Position numbers and translations under genes: made by a program. Below are positions 19,957 to 29,189 of a stretch of DNA of 64,000 nt, piece by piece. The DNA is from Fibrobacterales bacterium. Its GTDB lineage: Bacteria; Fibrobacterota; Fibrobacteria; Fibrobacterales; JAOPTW01. Where the stretch lies: positions 32,001 through 96,000 of the forward strand of contig JAOPTX010000023.1 of the NCBI GenBank assembly GCA_051532055.1, written 5' to 3'. The notes under the pieces are model-generated. The model was not told the origin of the DNA and searched no databases. It saw only the letters and a list, made by a program, of their open reading frames with translations. How positions within the stretch are numbered: the first letter of the stretch is position 1; each line of letters begins with the position of its first letter.

Positions 19957-21930
19957 CTATTTATCGAGAGGAGCGAGTCCTTCATTATCTTTTTGCGTTT
20001 TAAGTGAAACTACTATGAGTGTTAAAAAACTAAGGGGTATTGAGATGATACCAGGATTATCGAGCCCTAGAATTGCGTTACTCGGGTCGAGACCATATTT
20101 CAGATACATACTCGGCGAAACAAGGATAATTGACAATGCGGAGACCATCCCCACCCCAATTGACCAGGCAATACCTTTAGCAGTTGTTTTTTTCCAAAAA
20201 AGCAGCATTATTATGGATGGTAAATTAGCCGAGGCAGCTACTGCAAATGCCCACCCAACGAGGAACGAAACATTCATTCCTTTAAATGCGATTCCAAGAA
20301 ATATAGCGATAATACCTACAGCAAAAGCAGCAATTTTACCCGCCTTTACCTTACCGTGATCAGTCATCTTAATCCCGAGATAATTATCCATAAGATCGTG
20401 TGCCACCGCGCCAGAGGCAGCGACAATCAAACCAGAAACCGTACCAAGTACTGTAGCAAAAGCAATAGCTGATATAATAGAGAAGAGCGTGAGACTAAAT
20501 GCCTTTGCCAGAAGTGGCGCCGACATATTCCCCGACTCAACATCAATCACACCAGAAGTCATTGCACCAAGACCCATAAAAAGAGTGAGTACGTAAAAGA
20601 AACCGATACCTGCAATTGCAACAATTGTCGATTTTCGTGCGTCACGCTGAGAGGGAACGGTATAATACCTTATGAGAATATGAGGCAGTGCAGCAGTACC
20701 AAAAAAGAGAGCAAGCATAAGTGAGATAAAGTTTATTTTACCCATATTAGACTTTGTTTCAAATTTTTGCCCTGGCACCATAAAGTCTTCACCCTTGGTG
20801 ATTTCTGGCACAAAGAGAGTGACCTTCTCATCACCATCAATAAATTTTGCTCTCTTAAGTTTAGGATACCGAACAACTTCAGTATTATTAAGAGTAGAGA
20901 AGTATTCAAGAATACCTAGAGACCCCGTTTCTTCGACCTCTTTACCGTCTACCACTATTTTGGTAAGATAGCCAACAGCCTTCATCTTGCCCTCTTCTTT
21001 AGGCGCGCCATTATACCATGCACTTCCATCTTTTCTCATGGTTTTAAACTGAGTTTGTTCGAGTTTTACGGTTCCATCTAACTCAACAAGTAACCACCAC
21101 CCATCAACACCCTCTTTTTGAGTTTTAACAAATGTCTTTCCAGATGTACCATCTTTCTTTTGAAGAACAATAGAATGAGGGTTTTTAGAAACAGCAAGAA
21201 GAGTATTTGTAGAGTCCCCATCAGTAACTGCCCCTTGAGGAAACGCCACTACACCATTATTAACAACGACATCAATATAGGTCGGCATAAAAACATCTGT
21301 TTTTGGCTTTGTTGTAAGACCTTTATCGAGTACTACAAAAGTGATAACCGTTGTAAAAATGATGAGCAATCCACCTTTAAGAAACTGCACGTAGGTTGTT
21401 GAAGTCATGCCTGCTGTTGCAACAATAAATATCACAATGGCACCCACCATAACAACACCAATCCAATGATCCAGCCCAAGAAGCGGTGTAACTAATACTC
21501 CAGCACCCACCATCTGAGGAATCAGATAAAAGAGTGATACCATCAGTGTGGAGACAGCAGCCATGAACTGTATTTTCTTTGAATTAAATCTTGAATCAAG
21601 AGCGTCCGTAAATGTGAATTTGCCAAGACGCTTCATAGGTTCTGCGACAACAAACAGGGCAACAATCCACCCAGCCAAATACCCAATAGAGTAGAGAAAC
21701 CCATCATACCCCATGGTAGCAATCATTCCACATATACCGAGAAACGATGCAGCCGAAAGATAATCACCGGCAAAGGCAACACCATTAACAAACCAATGTA
21801 TGGTTCCTCCTGCTGCAAAATAACCTGCAGAAGATTTAGCTTTACGCGCAAAGAAAAATGAAAGGCCCAGTACGACGCCCACAAACATAGCGAAAATTGC
21901 AATCGCTATTGGACTTGCGATATAATTCAT
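19957..21930 (-). CDS. actP: cation/acetate symporter (SSS family) with a large extracytoplasmic insertion
   Basis: NGVAFAGDYLSAASFLG, GTAALPHILIRYYTVP, AFATVLGTVSGL, AFAVAASAN; coupled to DUF485. Confidence 0.9.
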   Translation of the reverse strand: MNYIASPIAIAIFAMFVGVVLGLSFFFARKAKSSAGYFAAGGTIHWFVNGVAFAGDYLSAASFLGICGMIATMGYDGFLYSIGYLAGWIVALFVVAEPMKRLGKFTFTDALDSRFNSKKIQFMAAVSTLMVSLFYLIPQMVGAGVLVTPLLGLDHWIGVVMVGAIVIFIVATAGMTSTTYVQFLKGGLLIIFTTVITFVVLDKGLTTKPKTDVFMPTYIDVVVNNGVVAFPQGAVTDGDSTNTLLAVSKNPHSIVLQKKDGTSGKTFVKTQKEGVDGWWLLVELDGTVKLEQTQFKTMRKDGSAWYNGAPKEEGKMKAVGYLTKIVVDGKEVEETGSLGILEYFSTLNNTEVVRYPKLKRAKFIDGDEKVTLFVPEITKGEDFMVPGQKFETKSNMGKINFISLMLALFFGTAALPHILIRYYTVPSQRDARKSTIVAIAGIGFFYVLTLFMGLGAMTSGVIDVESGNMSAPLLAKAFSLTLFSIISAIAFATVLGTVSGLIVAASGAVAHDLMDNYLGIKMTDHGKVKAGKIAAFAVGIIAIFLGIAFKGMNVSFLVGWAFAVAASANLPSIIMLLFWKKTTAKGIAWSIGVGMVSALSIILVSPSMYLKYGLDPSNAILGLDNPGIISIPLSFLTLIVVSLKTQKDNEGLAPLDK

Positions 21931-22211
21931 TCTTTCACCTCTTTATTAAGTGCATTCTCTTTTTGGGTGCAAAAGTGGTTATAGACAAGTCCAAGTAATA
22001 CCGCAAATATGATGAGGCCCATGCCATAAATAATTGCAAGATTAACACCTGCAAATGCCTTGGTCCCCAATAATTCGGTTTTGAAAACTGCAATACCTAC
22101 AAACCCCATATAGATGAGACAATAAAGCCAAAAGAGTTTTATACCCAATTTTGCTTTCCACTCGGAAGCATTGTCCTTCCCAAGTTTTACTGCTGGTCCA
22201 TGACCTGCCAT
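21927..22211 (-). CDS. DUF485 (YjcH-like) small membrane protein
   Basis: Two TM helices, GVNLAIIYGMGLI; AGGAGG RBS before ATG 22211; ATGA overlap with actP. Confidence 0.85.
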   Translation of the reverse strand: MAGHGPAVKLGKDNASEWKAKLGIKLFWLYCLIYMGFVGIAVFKTELLGTKAFAGVNLAIIYGMGLIIFAVLLGLVYNHFCTQKENALNKEVKE

Positions 22212-22237
22212 TATGACCTCCTGAATAATACATTGAC

Positions 22238-22253
22238 TTACAACTTTGTAAAT
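22238..22253. promoter_or_regulatory. palindromic operator TTACAA-N2-TTGTAA upstream of DUF485-actP
   Basis: TTACAACTTTGTAAAT; exact reverse-complement copy at 24037-24052. Confidence 0.7.
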
Positions 22254-22367
22254 CCTTTTTGAAAAGTAACAAGAATTCAATTTTTGCCGTGAGTAATAAA
22301 CATCGGGAGTCAATAAAATGGACGGCTTACTCCATTAAAGAGGACGCACTTCTTCGATCCTGAGTAC

Positions 22368-22399
22368 AAAAAAAGGCCACTTTCCATAGAAAGCAGCCT
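22368..22399 (-). terminator. intrinsic terminator after the DUF3360 gene
   Basis: Minus strand AGGCTGCTTTC-TATG-GAAAGTGGCCT followed by a T run. Confidence 0.85.
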
Positions 22400-22419
22400 C
22401 AATACTAATAAGAATTTGC

Positions 22420-23949
22420 TTACAGTATAGCAGGAATACCTGGAAGTTGGCCAACGAGAGCCAAAGAACCAATACATATTATAAAAGCTGCACCAGGAAT
22501 AAGAAGCTTATCTTTCCACGAAAGCTCTTTTGCGCGCTCTGCATCACCAATAAATCCAAGATTGTCAAGAAGCATGGTAGTAGCCCAACCAAATACCGGA
22601 TTAACAAAAGCACATGCAAAAATACAGATACCTGCACTGAGCGAATCTTTGTGTTTATGAACCATCTGCATACCAGCTTCAAGAAGTGGTAAGAAAACAC
22701 CAACAATCAACGCGACACGAAGCACAGGCTCCCACATAGCAAGGTCCATTGGAAATCCAAGTACTGACGCCACTATACATAGAAGACCTGTGAGTAACGC
22801 ACCGCCTGGAATTGGGCGTTTTGCAATTGCCGCAGGAATCATATAAGTACCCCACGATGATGCAAGGTTACCACCCCCAAGAAACGACCCAACACCCTGG
22901 CGAATTGAAGCGCCAATCATAGTGTCATCAACATTCATCAACACACCTTTCGCATCTTTTGGATAGTTCATCTCTTGAAATACTCGGTGGCCAAGATAAT
23001 CCGGAGACCACATCGCCACTGCTAGAATTGCAAAAGGAATAACCGCGACAAAATGACCGAGATTAGGCCATCCCATAAGCCATCCGGTATTATCTCCCCA
23101 CCAATACAATGGACTAAAATGCGGAAGACCCGGTGATGTTGAAAATGAAAAGTCTGCACCACAAGCAAGAGCAACAATCCCCGCGAGTGCAGAACAAAGA
23201 GGAATTGCCAACCAGCGTTTATTTACTTTTGCAAGATAGGCATACACAAGAAGTGTAACACCGATAACCGCAAAAGAGACATACCCCATAGAAGCATCAG
23301 CAGCAACTAGTTTAGTTGCACTTACTGATCCATCAGGTAATAAGCTGCCAGCCCATTTCCCTAATTTCCCAATCTGCCCCATTAACCCGAAGGCCCCGAG
23401 ATAAATAAGGAGTCCACCCCTCACACCAACCCCCGTTAGTGTCATAAGTTTTGACCCTCCTTTAGTAAAGGCCAAAATAAGTCCAAAAACTCCTACCATT
23501 ACTCCTAGAGCGAGAGGGTGACCACCAGCTGCTGCAATCATAGCAATAAGCGGAATCATTGGTCCATGAGTCCCTGCAAGGTTAGCATTTGGATTGAGAA
23601 TTGCCGAGAAAAGAATAACAAAAAGGAGGCCCGCAATGAGTAACTCGTACCGCACATTTTCTGCAATAAACGCTAATTTATCAGCTTCAGGAAGATGGAA
23701 AAGGTCAAAACCTGGAGCATTTGCAAAAGCTGCGACACAAGCAGTCACCATAACCACTTTGCCAATGGTGGCGGCGAGCGCTGGAACCCAGTCTTCAATT
23801 TCGATATTGTAATCTTTAAACGGGAGGTGAATACCCCATCTTCGAAAACTCATTATTTTTAACTCGTGATTTAGATACTCTTCACGGTTATCAAACTCTT
23901 TTGATTTTTTCCGCATCTGTTTATAGAATTGGTTTGGATCTTTAGCCAT
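22420..23949 (-). CDS. DUF3360 family polytopic membrane protein (putative transporter)
   Basis: EYLNHELKIM..RRW..LP..D..IEIEDWVPALAATIGKVVM, NLAGTHGP, WSPDYLGHRVFQ, SSWGTYMIP; many TM segments. Confidence 0.8.
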   Translation of the reverse strand: MAKDPNQFYKQMRKKSKEFDNREEYLNHELKIMSFRRWGIHLPFKDYNIEIEDWVPALAATIGKVVMVTACVAAFANAPGFDLFHLPEADKLAFIAENVRYELLIAGLLFVILFSAILNPNANLAGTHGPMIPLIAMIAAAGGHPLALGVMVGVFGLILAFTKGGSKLMTLTGVGVRGGLLIYLGAFGLMGQIGKLGKWAGSLLPDGSVSATKLVAADASMGYVSFAVIGVTLLVYAYLAKVNKRWLAIPLCSALAGIVALACGADFSFSTSPGLPHFSPLYWWGDNTGWLMGWPNLGHFVAVIPFAILAVAMWSPDYLGHRVFQEMNYPKDAKGVLMNVDDTMIGASIRQGVGSFLGGGNLASSWGTYMIPAAIAKRPIPGGALLTGLLCIVASVLGFPMDLAMWEPVLRVALIVGVFLPLLEAGMQMVHKHKDSLSAGICIFACAFVNPVFGWATTMLLDNLGFIGDAERAKELSWKDKLLIPGAAFIICIGSLALVGQLPGIPAIL

Positions 23950-24036
23950 CTATTTTATTCTCCATCTATTGTGATAAAGGGGATTTCGAGCCCCTTCTAG
24001 TTCGTCTATCAAGTCGGGCAAAAGGTAGAAAATTCT

Positions 24037-24052
24037 ATTTACAAAGTTGTAA
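24037..24052. promoter_or_regulatory. second copy of the TTACAA-N2-TTGTAA operator, in the divergent DUF3360/receptor promoter region
   Basis: ATTTACAAAGTTGTAA is the reverse complement of 22238-22253. Confidence 0.7.
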
Positions 24053-24237
24053 TCATGGTCATTATTTAAGCCTGTACTGAAAAATGATTTTCCGCAACAT
24101 TTTTCTGATCGGCACTCATATTTTATTGATCTTTTCTCGCATATTATCATACGATCCATTCAGATTGAGATTAGGTTTTAACAGTACCCATAATAATTTC
24201 ATCAATCTATTAGAGTTCAAATATCTATAATTGAACT

Positions 24238-26817
24238 ATGAAAATTACTGACCATGCAAATCATACAGAGAAACTCTTTGGAGTACGAGCTGAAGACATC
24301 CATAAATGGATCGATGGCTTTTTTGACCACGATAGCTTTCAACAACACATTGGCACTGGCCAATCGTTTGCATACAATCCTTATGACCATCGCAAATTCA
24401 GACACTGTCAAGAAGCATTAGATGAAGCGTATACCGAATTTAGTGACACCTACTCTCAGCATGACATTAAAAATGTTTTTGAGCAGCACATTAAAGACGA
24501 TTATAACGGGTACATCCCTACCCGAACCGATTTTGAGAACGGCACCTTTACTCAAAAATATCACGACGCACTCCATATCGGAGAATGGAACACCATTCTC
24601 GATTCCCAAGAACTCTCAGATTATTTCAAAGGAGTCGGTACTTTTGACAGCTATCAAAAACCCAATCACTTTGTCAGTACCTTTGGATTTAGAATTGTCG
24701 CACCCACCGTCATAGCCATCTTCCTCTTTATCACCGCCATCTTTTTGGTGATTGTACCAGTTTTTGAAGAGTCGATGATTGGACAAAAAAAGCTGATGAT
24801 CAAGGAACTCACTGCATCTGCTGTGAGCATTGTAGAGCAGTACAAATCAAAAAGTGATGCAGGATTCTTAACGATTGAAAACGCACAACAAAGAGCTGCT
24901 CAAGAAATTCAATCGATGCGCTATGGCACGGGTAACAAAGACTATTTCTTTATCACCGATATGAACCCTACCATGATTATGCACCCTTACCGTAAGGAGC
25001 TTACTGGTAAGGACCTCAGCAACTACACCGATACCGAAAATAAAAGCGGCAAAAAACTTTTCGTCGAATTTGTCAATCTAGTCAAGGAACATTCTGAAGG
25101 ATATCTCAAATATCGTTGGCAGTGGATGGATGATGCTGAAACCTCCGTTCCAAAACTATCCTATGTCCGCGGTGTACCAGACTGGAATTGGGTCGTGGGA
25201 ACCGGAGTCTACATTAACGACATAGAAGATGAGATTGAACGACTCGAACACACACTCTATCAAACGTTCTTTGCCATCACTCTTGGCCTTATTCTAATCA
25301 TGACCTATATCATCACCCAAAGTCGCACTACTGAAAACCGGAAACGGCGTGCAGAAGTCCTACTGCATGAAGCCAAGGACCGATATCGAGCTTTGGTAGA
25401 ATCTTCGAATGAAGGGTATATCCTCGAAGCTGAAGGATCTATTATCTATTCAAATCACCGACTCCAACAGATGGTTGGATATACTGAATTAGAACTCAAC
25501 AACCACTCTATTTGGGAAAAGCTCTTCCCCAATAACCCCATAAATATCCCAGTCCTTCATCACCTCTTGGCTCTTTTTAACCATTCAGCTGAACCTGCAG
25601 AATTTGAGGCGCAACTCTATACACAATCAGGAAAAACAATTGATATCATACTCAGTACCTCAAAGATTTTTTTATCAGAAAAACAAGGGCATGTAATATC
25701 CTTTAGACCCATCATCCGTAAGACCTATAGCAATGCTTTTACTTCAGAGAAGAAAATTAATGATTATACTGGTCTTTCAAGTACCATTGTTGAAGAGATA
25801 CAAGAAAGCAACTCCCTGGGCCATATTGTAGAGTCGCTCAACCAACTACCCATTCTTATTCGCTCAATGATTCATCAAGGGTCAACTCCCGACAATCTCC
25901 GTCGCGTTATCGGGGCAGCATATGATTCCGCAATTAAACGATTCATTACCCTCTCCATTACCGAACTTGGTCAACCACCAGTTTCTTTCTCATTTATATC
26001 TCTGGGGAGTAATGCACGACACGATATGACCCTCTTCTCTGACCAAGACAATGCTATTGTATTTGATCTTCCCGATGGCCACGATATTGATAAAGTACGT
26101 CGATATTTTTTACACCTTGCCGACAAAGTATGCGCCATGCTTAACCAAGCGGGCTATCCCTACTGCGAAGGAAGAATCATGGCCACCAATCCTCAATGGT
26201 GTTTAAGTGTCGAAGAGTGGCATAATAATTTCAGCGACTGGATAACTCATGCATCACCTGGCTCAATACTCGAAGTGAATGTCTTCTTTGATATACGCTC
26301 TACCTATGGAGATCAAGTACTCGTTGATCGAATACAAGATCATATTGTTGCAGTCAATAAGGAAAACCAACAGTTCTTTATTCACTACGCTAAAAACTGT
26401 CTCGCCTATAAACCCCCACTCAACCTTTTTGGTAAACTCAAAACTGAGACACGAGATGGCGTGAAGTCAATCAACCTTAAAGAGTGCCTCAGGCCTATGG
26501 AAATTTTTTGCAGAATATATGCTCTTAAGCATGATATTCGTGATGCAAACACTATTTCAAGATTAAAACACCTTGTTGCCTGTGGAGAAATTCACGAAGA
26601 AAGCTACAGAGAGATGGTCTATATATTTGATCACATATGGAATTTACGTTTTATGAATCAGATTATTGAATACACCGATCTTAGAAAAGTAAATGATGTA
26701 TTGGCCATTAATGATTTGACTGATCTTGAACAACAAAATTTAAGAAATGTTCTTTCAAAAATTTCACTCTTCCAGACTAAAATCAGTTATGACTTTTTTG
26801 GTGGAGCACAGATATAA
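24238..26817 (+). CDS. membrane receptor: His-rich DUF6915-like domain - TM - single Cache - TM - PAS - DUF294 nucleotidyltransferase - DUF294_C
   Basis: N-terminal HA..FG..IH.W.D..HR..RH..EQH..D..GYIPT; Cache motifs RYG..DYFFI..MHP..L.GK..PKLSYV..W.WVVGTGVY; PAS (YRALVE, N...QMVGY); NTase LGSNAR..SDQDN, GYPYCEG.IMATNPQW, FFDIR; INLKE. Confidence 0.85.
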   Translation: MKITDHANHTEKLFGVRAEDIHKWIDGFFDHDSFQQHIGTGQSFAYNPYDHRKFRHCQEALDEAYTEFSDTYSQHDIKNVFEQHIKDDYNGYIPTRTDFENGTFTQKYHDALHIGEWNTILDSQELSDYFKGVGTFDSYQKPNHFVSTFGFRIVAPTVIAIFLFITAIFLVIVPVFEESMIGQKKLMIKELTASAVSIVEQYKSKSDAGFLTIENAQQRAAQEIQSMRYGTGNKDYFFITDMNPTMIMHPYRKELTGKDLSNYTDTENKSGKKLFVEFVNLVKEHSEGYLKYRWQWMDDAETSVPKLSYVRGVPDWNWVVGTGVYINDIEDEIERLEHTLYQTFFAITLGLILIMTYIITQSRTTENRKRRAEVLLHEAKDRYRALVESSNEGYILEAEGSIIYSNHRLQQMVGYTELELNNHSIWEKLFPNNPINIPVLHHLLALFNHSAEPAEFEAQLYTQSGKTIDIILSTSKIFLSEKQGHVISFRPIIRKTYSNAFTSEKKINDYTGLSSTIVEEIQESNSLGHIVESLNQLPILIRSMIHQGSTPDNLRRVIGAAYDSAIKRFITLSITELGQPPVSFSFISLGSNARHDMTLFSDQDNAIVFDLPDGHDIDKVRRYFLHLADKVCAMLNQAGYPYCEGRIMATNPQWCLSVEEWHNNFSDWITHASPGSILEVNVFFDIRSTYGDQVLVDRIQDHIVAVNKENQQFFIHYAKNCLAYKPPLNLFGKLKTETRDGVKSINLKECLRPMEIFCRIYALKHDIRDANTISRLKHLVACGEIHEESYREMVYIFDHIWNLRFMNQIIEYTDLRKVNDVLAINDLTDLEQQNLRNVLSKISLFQTKISYDFFGGAQI

Positions 26818-26855
26818 AAAATGCCAGTAAGGCTGTCCCCCTACTAGCATTTTTT
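26816..26855 (-). terminator. terminator between the convergent receptor and ferritin genes
   Basis: Minus strand ATGCTAGTAGGG-loop-CCTTACTGGCAT with G-U pairs, flanked by A/T tracts. Confidence 0.8.
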
Positions 26856-26874
26856 AAAATCAAATCTATTCGTA

Positions 26875-27378
26875 TTATGCAACAGCGGTTGTTGTTCGAC
26901 CACCCAACTCTTTATCAAGAAGATACAGACCATTTGCCTGTTGATCAACAAGAGAAATTTGATCGAGAATCCCTTGAACCGTTGCCTCTTCTTCAACCTG
27001 CTCATCAATATACCAACGCATCATTGATTCTGTAGCAAGGTCATCTTCTTTACGGGCCAGTTTTAACAGTCCCTCAATAGTCGTTGTAATATACTTTTCG
27101 TGAGCGAGTGCTTTTTCAAAAACATCCTGCATTGAGTCAAATGATTCATTCACTTTTCCAAAAGCATTGTACGATGGTTTTCCACCACGACTAAAGATAT
27201 AGTTATAAAACTTCCAAGCATGCATCATCTCTTCTTCAGCCTGCATTCTCATCCAATGAGCGCATCCCGGAAGCTTATTATCTTCAAAATATGCCGCCAT
27301 AGCAACATAGACAAAGTACGACTTCATCTCTTCATTCATCTGTGTATTTAATGCTTCCATCATAATAGCATTTGTCAT
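26875..27378 (-). CDS. ftnA: non-heme ferritin
   Basis: LNTQMNEE..S..Y, QAEEEMMHA, HEKYIT, WYIDEQVEEE, LYLLDKEL ferroxidase motifs. Confidence 0.93.
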   Translation of the reverse strand: MTNAIMMEALNTQMNEEMKSYFVYVAMAAYFEDNKLPGCAHWMRMQAEEEMMHAWKFYNYIFSRGGKPSYNAFGKVNESFDSMQDVFEKALAHEKYITTTIEGLLKLARKEDDLATESMMRWYIDEQVEEEATVQGILDQISLVDQQANGLYLLDKELGGRTTTAVA

Positions 27379-27493
27379 GGTATACCTCGCCCTTACAGTT
27401 ATTATCTATATGCCTTAATTAGGCCCTCATTCTTGCTATACAAAATAACAAAAGAGAAGACTGATTACGGGTTTGATTTCATTAAACAGCTAA

Positions 27494-27850
27494 TCAAAGA
27501 TAGAGTTCTTGCCAAATTTCTTCTTTAAAACCAACTGAACCCTTGTCACCACTAATTACAAAGGGGCGTTTTACAAGATTACCATCTGCTGCGAGTGCAT
27601 CTATAGCCTCAGCGACTGTAATATCTTTTATCTTATCTTTCCAGTTCTCAGCCTTATATACTACACCACTCGTATTAAATAATTTTTTTATTTCCCCTTC
27701 ATAGATTTTAAGCATTTGCTTAAGCTCTTTTTTAGTTGGGGCTTTTTCACGTATTGGCACCTCAGTAACTTCGAGACCATTTGCTTCTGCAAATTTTACT
27801 GCTTTTCTACAGGTACCACATTTATTATAGGTATATGCTTTAATTGCCAT
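27494..27850 (-). CDS. ArsC/Spx (YffB-like) thioredoxin-fold protein
   Basis: KCGTCRKA, FNTSG..Y, LVKRPF, VGFK; AGGAG RBS before ATG 27850. Confidence 0.88.
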   Translation of the reverse strand: MAIKAYTYNKCGTCRKAVKFAEANGLEVTEVPIREKAPTKKELKQMLKIYEGEIKKLFNTSGVVYKAENWKDKIKDITVAEAIDALAADGNLVKRPFVISGDKGSVGFKEEIWQELYL

Positions 27851-28035
27851 TGTATCTCCTTTTTGTATAATCGAGAAATTCAATGCTCCCTTTTGGGGTA
27901 CAATGCCTCAATTTCGAACTTGTAATAACTCTTCTAATTTTAGAATATACTCAGACAAAGTCTATATATTTAGTAGACAATAGGTATATTTAGACAAATA
28001 AGATGAATGAAATAAACATTTAAAACGAGGTAACT

Positions 28036-28575
28036 ATGCTCGACAACCCAACATATGATCCAGTTGCAGTCCAACCCTTTAGAGACGAACTTACTAACGT
28101 AGGTTTTGAAGAGGTCACAACCCCAGAAGAAGTTGATAAAGCAATTATTGAATCTAAAGACAAGACTCTTCTTGTAATGCTTAACTCTGTTTGCGGATGC
28201 TCTGCTGGTTCAGCACGCCCCGGTATATGTGCATCACTTCAAAATGAAAAAATTCCAGATAGAATGGTTGCCCTTTTTGCAGGCCAAGAAAAGTCAGCAA
28301 TTTCACACCTGAGAACGAATCACCTCTTTAAGTTTGAGCCATCATCACCGAATATTTTGCTCTTTGCTGATGGCAAATTAATTCATGGACTTTTTAGGCC
28401 CCATATTGAACAAATGGATGCTGATGCAATTCGTGATATTCTTGTGAAGTTTTATAATGAATTTTGCTCAGCTGAGGGACCATCAATTCCTCGTGATGAC
28501 TACGACAAACTTGAATACACCATAAGTTGTGGATCTAAAATTGCCCGTTTGGATGATGTAGAACCACACTGCTAA
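28036..28575 (+). CDS. BrxA/BrxB family bacilliredoxin with C-terminal extension
   Basis: P.RDELT..GF, NSVCGCSAGSARPG, FAGQ, PSSP motifs. Confidence 0.88.
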   Translation: MLDNPTYDPVAVQPFRDELTNVGFEEVTTPEEVDKAIIESKDKTLLVMLNSVCGCSAGSARPGICASLQNEKIPDRMVALFAGQEKSAISHLRTNHLFKFEPSSPNILLFADGKLIHGLFRPHIEQMDADAIRDILVKFYNEFCSAEGPSIPRDDYDKLEYTISCGSKIARLDDVEPHC

Positions 28576-28584
28576 AACATCCCC

Positions 28585-29019
28585 TTATTGTGCTGTAAAT
28601 ATATATTCAGCACTTTTAGACCGTTTCAACCAGGCTTTATCTAAGCCTGGTTTTTTTATGACCACCCTATACACTCCTCCTGACTCTATGTATACAGAAT
28701 CACCTTTTGGGGCTCTAATATTAATACCTTGCAACAGGGAATCAGGTATGTTCATCTCCTTACTATTCTGCCCAATTCGAAATTCCATATCACTTATTTT
28801 AAAAGATTCTTCCACCGCCTCTATTTTCCAGACCAGGGAATCCTGCTCTGTCCATAGGGCAATTTCAGAGAATTCATTTTTTTTAAATTCAAAAAAGTTT
28901 ATTAAAATGGTAACGTCCCCATCCTCTTGAAACACTTCTAAATAGGGAGGCAGAAATATAAACCACGTTACGAGTAGTACAACTACACTCAACACAACCT
29001 TTTTAAATATCTTTTTCAT
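28585..29019 (-). CDS. membrane-anchored hypothetical protein
   Basis: 144-aa ORF with an N-terminal hydrophobic anchor. Confidence 0.6.
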   Translation of the reverse strand: MKKIFKKVVLSVVVLLVTWFIFLPPYLEVFQEDGDVTILINFFEFKKNEFSEIALWTEQDSLVWKIEAVEESFKISDMEFRIGQNSKEMNIPDSLLQGINIRAPKGDSVYIESGGVYRVVIKKPGLDKAWLKRSKSAEYIFTAQ

Positions 29020-29189
29020 ATTCTCGACTCTTTTAAAATATTACTCAGGTTCTCAAATTACTAAATAATCGTGCATTGCTCAAAATTTTGTGGTACTATA
29101 TAGTAATTACAACCTTGAATCTATATATTACTATATTATAATTTAGTCATAAAAAATAATACATACTAGTATTTGTAGAAGGACGTGAA

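Noticed and set aside
19916..20359. Antisense and alternate-frame ORFs throughout the track (e.g. 19916-20359, 7228-7593, 50050-50454, 63530-63973)
   Set aside because: They shadow well-supported genes and show no independent motifs
23950..24411. Short minus-strand ORFs 23950-24159 and 24217-24411
   Set aside because: No recognisable features; they overlap the divergent promoter/operator or the receptor gene
29081..29173. Short palindromes upstream of otr (CAAAATTTTG, TACTATATAGTA, TTACAACCTTGAAT)
   Set aside because: Very AT-rich region where such matches are expected by chance; no FNR consensus
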